Positions 60,393 through 64,000 of a stretch of 64,000 nt of DNA are shown here, piece after piece. Under the pieces are notes generated by a model. The model saw nothing but the letters and a program-made list of their open reading frames with translations. It was not told where the DNA came from and did no database searches. This DNA comes from Azolla caroliniana (lineage: Eukaryota > Plantae > Polypodiophyta): contig JBHGNT010000013.1 in the NCBI GenBank assembly GCA_043228905.1, positions 17,050,001 through 17,114,000 of the forward strand. The letters are read 5' to 3'. A program made the translations under genes and the position numbers. The first letter of the stretch is position 1; every line of letters starts with the position of its first letter.

Positions 60393-63300
60393 ATATGAAC
60401 TTAGGGCTATTTACAAATGTGTCTTCTCTTCCAGTTCTCACCGGGTCCTCTTCATTCATAACCGAATCCCATCCGGAGGGACGGACTTCCCAACAATCTC
60501 CCCCTTCACTCCGTCATGGGATGTCTCGTAAACCCGATCCGCTTTCGGCACGCGACCAGCTTTTTGGTTTTCAACACCTTGGTTAACATATCCGACCATT
60601 CTCCTCCGTGTGGATCTTCGTTAGGATGAACTCTTGATCTTCTACTCTCTCCCGGATCCAGTGGTACCTCTGTTGGATATGTTTCATCCGGGAATGGTAG
60701 GCCACATTCCTCGCAAAGTGGATGGCACTTTGATTGTCGCAGTAGAGCTGGTATTCCTCCTATTGGATCCCTATCTCTCTGATGAAGTCCTTCATCCAGA
60801 TTATCTCCTTCGCGGCTTCCACAGTTGCCATGTACTCCGCCTCCGTGTTTGATAACGCAACCGTCTTCTGCAGCCTCGACTGCCACGAAACAACTCCCCC
60901 TGCATAAGTCATGACATATCCGGATGTAGACCAGCTGGTATCCGCATCAACCGACATATCCGAATCGATGAAGCCTTCCAAGAGCGGTTTACCAGAGCCA
61001 AATCGGAGGCACATACTCGAGGTGCCTTTCAAATACCGGAGTACCCACTTTACCGTGTTCCAATGCTCTCTTCCGGGATTGCTCATGAGCCAGCTCACCA
61101 CTCCGATTGCATATCCGATATCCGGCTGGGTACTTACCATCGCGTACATCAAGCTCCCGACGGCAGAAGCATATGGTATCTTCATCATATCCGTCTTCTC
61201 TGCCTTTGTCCTCGGGCTTTGTTTTCTAAATAGCTTGCAGTTTGCCGGAAGTGTCGATCCGACCGGTTTTGCCTCCGACATGTTGAACTGTTGAAGCACC
61301 TTTGTCACGTACTTCTCCTGTGACAACCACAACAGCTTCTTCGACTAAACTCAGATGATGTGCATTCCCAATATTTGTCTTGCCGGACCCAAGTCTTTCA
61401 TTGAGAAGGTTTCGTTCAGAGCCTTCTTCAGCACCCGAATCTTGCCTTGGTCTGATCCGACAATCAACATATCATCCACATATAGGAGGAGTATCAGGAA
61501 ATCTCCTCCATCAAATTTCTTCACAAACATGTAGTGATTGGCCTGCGTCTTGTGGTACCCTTGGTCGGTCATAAAGGAGTCGAACTTCTGGTACCATTAC
61601 CGGGGAGCTTGCTTCAGTCCTTATAAGGTCTTCTTCAGCCGGCACACCAGGTGCTCCTTCCCTTTCTTCTCAAATCCTTCTGGTTGATGCATGTAGATCT
61701 CTTCTTCGAGGTCGCCATGTAGAAATGTCGTCTTGACGTCCAATTACTCTACCTCGAGGTCCATGCTTGCCGTTATGCTCAATACCGTCTGGATGGATGC
61801 CATCTTTACAACCAAGGCAAAGATCTCATTGAAATCCACACATTTCTTCTATTGCAAACCCTTCACAACTATCTGGGCTTGGGAATCCATCTCGTCCTAC
61901 ATGGCACTCAACCACTTGTGGCTGTGGGTGTCTTTCTTTGCTTCTTTGAATCTTTCCGGCTCCACCTCATCGGTCAGCAATACGTGCTCTGCAGTCGGAA
62001 ATCTCCGAGGGGCTCTTCTCTCCCTAAGAGGGTATCTCCGTCTTTGGTCTTCGGCAATCGGTTGCTCCGTCTGTTCCTCCTCCGAATCCGATTCAGGATC
62101 TTGTTCGGTTCTAGTGTCTTCTTCCTCTACTTCTTCGGTCGGTTCAGTTTCTTGTCCGAATCCGACCGGTTCGTCGAGTGTCATCCGGTTACCGACTAAC
62201 ATCCGGTTTTCAACCGGGTAAGTCCTCAAACTGCCCCCGGTATTCTCCTCCGTTATCTACTTGAACCACTTTCAGCTTCCGGCCGGTTTCTCTTTCCACT
62301 CTCGCATGGAGTTCCTTGAAGACGCATAGCACCTTATCCTTTGTCTTTAGCGGTGAGACCCACAACTTCCGGTTGTTGTCATCTAGGAACATCACGAAGT
62401 ACTACGATCCGGCGTGTGACTTCGTGTCCACTTGACACACATCAGTATGCACCAGCTCCAGTGGTGCATTCCGTCTCATTGGTGGTCTTGACCGAAAGGA
62501 GGTTCGGTTTTGCTTGTCGGCCAAGCAATCGGTTCACTTCTCAAGATGCACATCTTTCACCTCCGGAATGAGGTTATCTTCGGCAAGTCTTCTCGTCCCC
62601 TTCTGGCTCATATGACACAGTCTCTTCTGCCACAGATCACTAGCAATGTCAGATTCTATGTTTACTTCTTCCCAACATATCCGTGCATGGATCAAATACA
62701 ATGTGTTGATCTTCCGGGCTCGAGCCACAATCAGGCTTCCTTTGCTGAATATCATGACTTCGTTCCGAATGCTACCCGTGTGACCTTCATCATCTAACCG
62801 ACCGGTTGATATCAGGTTCAGTCGAACCTCCGGAACGTGTCGAACATCCTTCAATAGCAACTTGCATCCAATTGCTGTCGTCAACAACACATCTCCTATG
62901 CCGACGATTCGACATGTCCCTTCATTCCCCATCCGGATACAACCGTGATCTCCGACTGTGTACGATGAGAAGCATCTCTGGTCCGGTGTCAGGTGGAACG
63001 ACACTCCAGAATCGACAACCCACGTTGTCTCGTCTTCGACAAGGTTTAACTCATTCTCCTCGGTAATGAGCATCAGTTCTTCTTCACTTGCCATGATTGC
63101 CGATGTTCCCTTCCAATCCGAACCTTTCCGATCTGAACCCTTCTTCCAATCGGATTGTCGGTTCCTTTCTCTTTCCGGAAATGCCGACAGTTCTTCTAGA
63201 AGTGCCCCAACTTCCCGCAATAGAAGCAAGTAGGCCTCCCCCTAGACTTCGACCTTGTCCCTGATTTGTCCCGGTTTTGGGGGCTCCGATACCAGCCTCT

Positions 63301-63916
63301 TCCCCGGTTGTGGTCATCTTCCGTAACCAACGCCTTTGGATCGGTTTTGGACTCCCGGTCCTTTCGGTGAGCTTCTTCATCTAGAAAGCTTGATTTTACC
63401 CTTGCTAGGGAAAACTTCTTTCCTTTCGGCCCGACATTGCCCAACAAGACAACTAGCATCTCCCAACTATCTAGGAGGGAACCGAGCAAGAGTAATGCAA
63501 GTACCTCATTGGCGAGAGGTACTTCCAACGAGGTTGCTTGGTTTATCAGTCCCTGGAAGGCATTCATGTGCTCTGCCATACTGGAGCCATCCTGGTACCG
63601 GAGCCTCACTAGCTGACACATGATGTTTACGTGGAAAACCCTAATAGGGAAATAAAAACCACGGGAGCCCACAGACTCCAAACTATCACTATATAAGAAA
63701 GGTACAATCAAAGACTCAGAGGCAACGACCTCAAGCTCTATATCTTCACCAAGTGGCAGTTACGACAAAGTATCGCTCTGTATCTCTCTCTCTATACAAC
63801 AATTATGCACATACAACAATATGACAACACCCACTTCTGTGATTGCCCTAGGTCATATTTATACTCATATGAACTTAGGGCTATTTACAAATATTTACAA
63901 ATGTGTCTTCTCTTCC

Positions 63917-63995
63917 TACTCCCACTAGCTCCTTGGTCTGAGATCCCAGTGGTCCCGCCCCACTTCGACACATACCCGCAGAAAACCACGCATCA
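63917..63995 (+). mobile_element. 3'-terminal fragment of an A-related Gypsy LTR
   Basis: TACTCCC..GTGGTCCCGCCC resembles 23503-23567. Confidence 0.55.
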
Positions 63996-64000
63996 TTCGT

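Larger units (their letters stand above)
53992..63916 (-). mobile_element. Copia element L. Its 3' LTR (53992-60495) is split by LINE M and solo LTR N; internal region 60496-63613; partly deleted 5' LTR ~63614-63916
   Basis: RH, RT (LYVDDML), INT remnant, PR (VDSGVSFH) and CCHC (CFYCGKLGH). The LTR pieces match 63614-63916. Confidence 0.85.

Overview
Eukaryotic nuclear DNA from a land plant. It is probably a non-seed plant such as a fern, lycophyte or bryophyte; this is inferred from the Tcn1-type chromovirus, the tRNA-Trp-primed non-chromoviral Gypsy elements and the RTE-X LINEs. Positions 1-19 kb are a gene island with three genes: an intronless G-type lectin S-domain non-RD receptor kinase (+), an intronless methionine gamma-lyase (+), and a convergent 14-exon peroxisomal acyl-activating enzyme of AAE17/18 type (-; PTS1 SRL; one GC-AG intron). 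From about 19.9 kb to the end the window is almost entirely retrotransposons, which resolve into two deep nests. Nest 1 (21995-45868) splits an RTE-X LINE and is bounded by a 4-bp TSD. It shows a seven-level insertion chain whose left halves were apparently removed by recombination between two copies of one Gypsy family. Nest 2 (46.2-64 kb) contains a near-intact full-length RTE-X LINE inserted into a (CT)n tract of a Copia LTR. The most notable signals are cis-acting RNA structures: a GGAUUUU slippery site plus H-type pseudoknot between protease and RT of a Gypsy element, a conserved hairpin enclosing the polypurine tract in several Copia elements that also carry a second upstream PPT, tandem 105-bp hairpin arrays in a Gypsy LTR, a covarying 3' stem-loop in RTE-X copies, and a tRNA-like module in a chromovirus LTR. 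All coordinates, alignments and pairings were read by eye; no database searches or folding programs were run.
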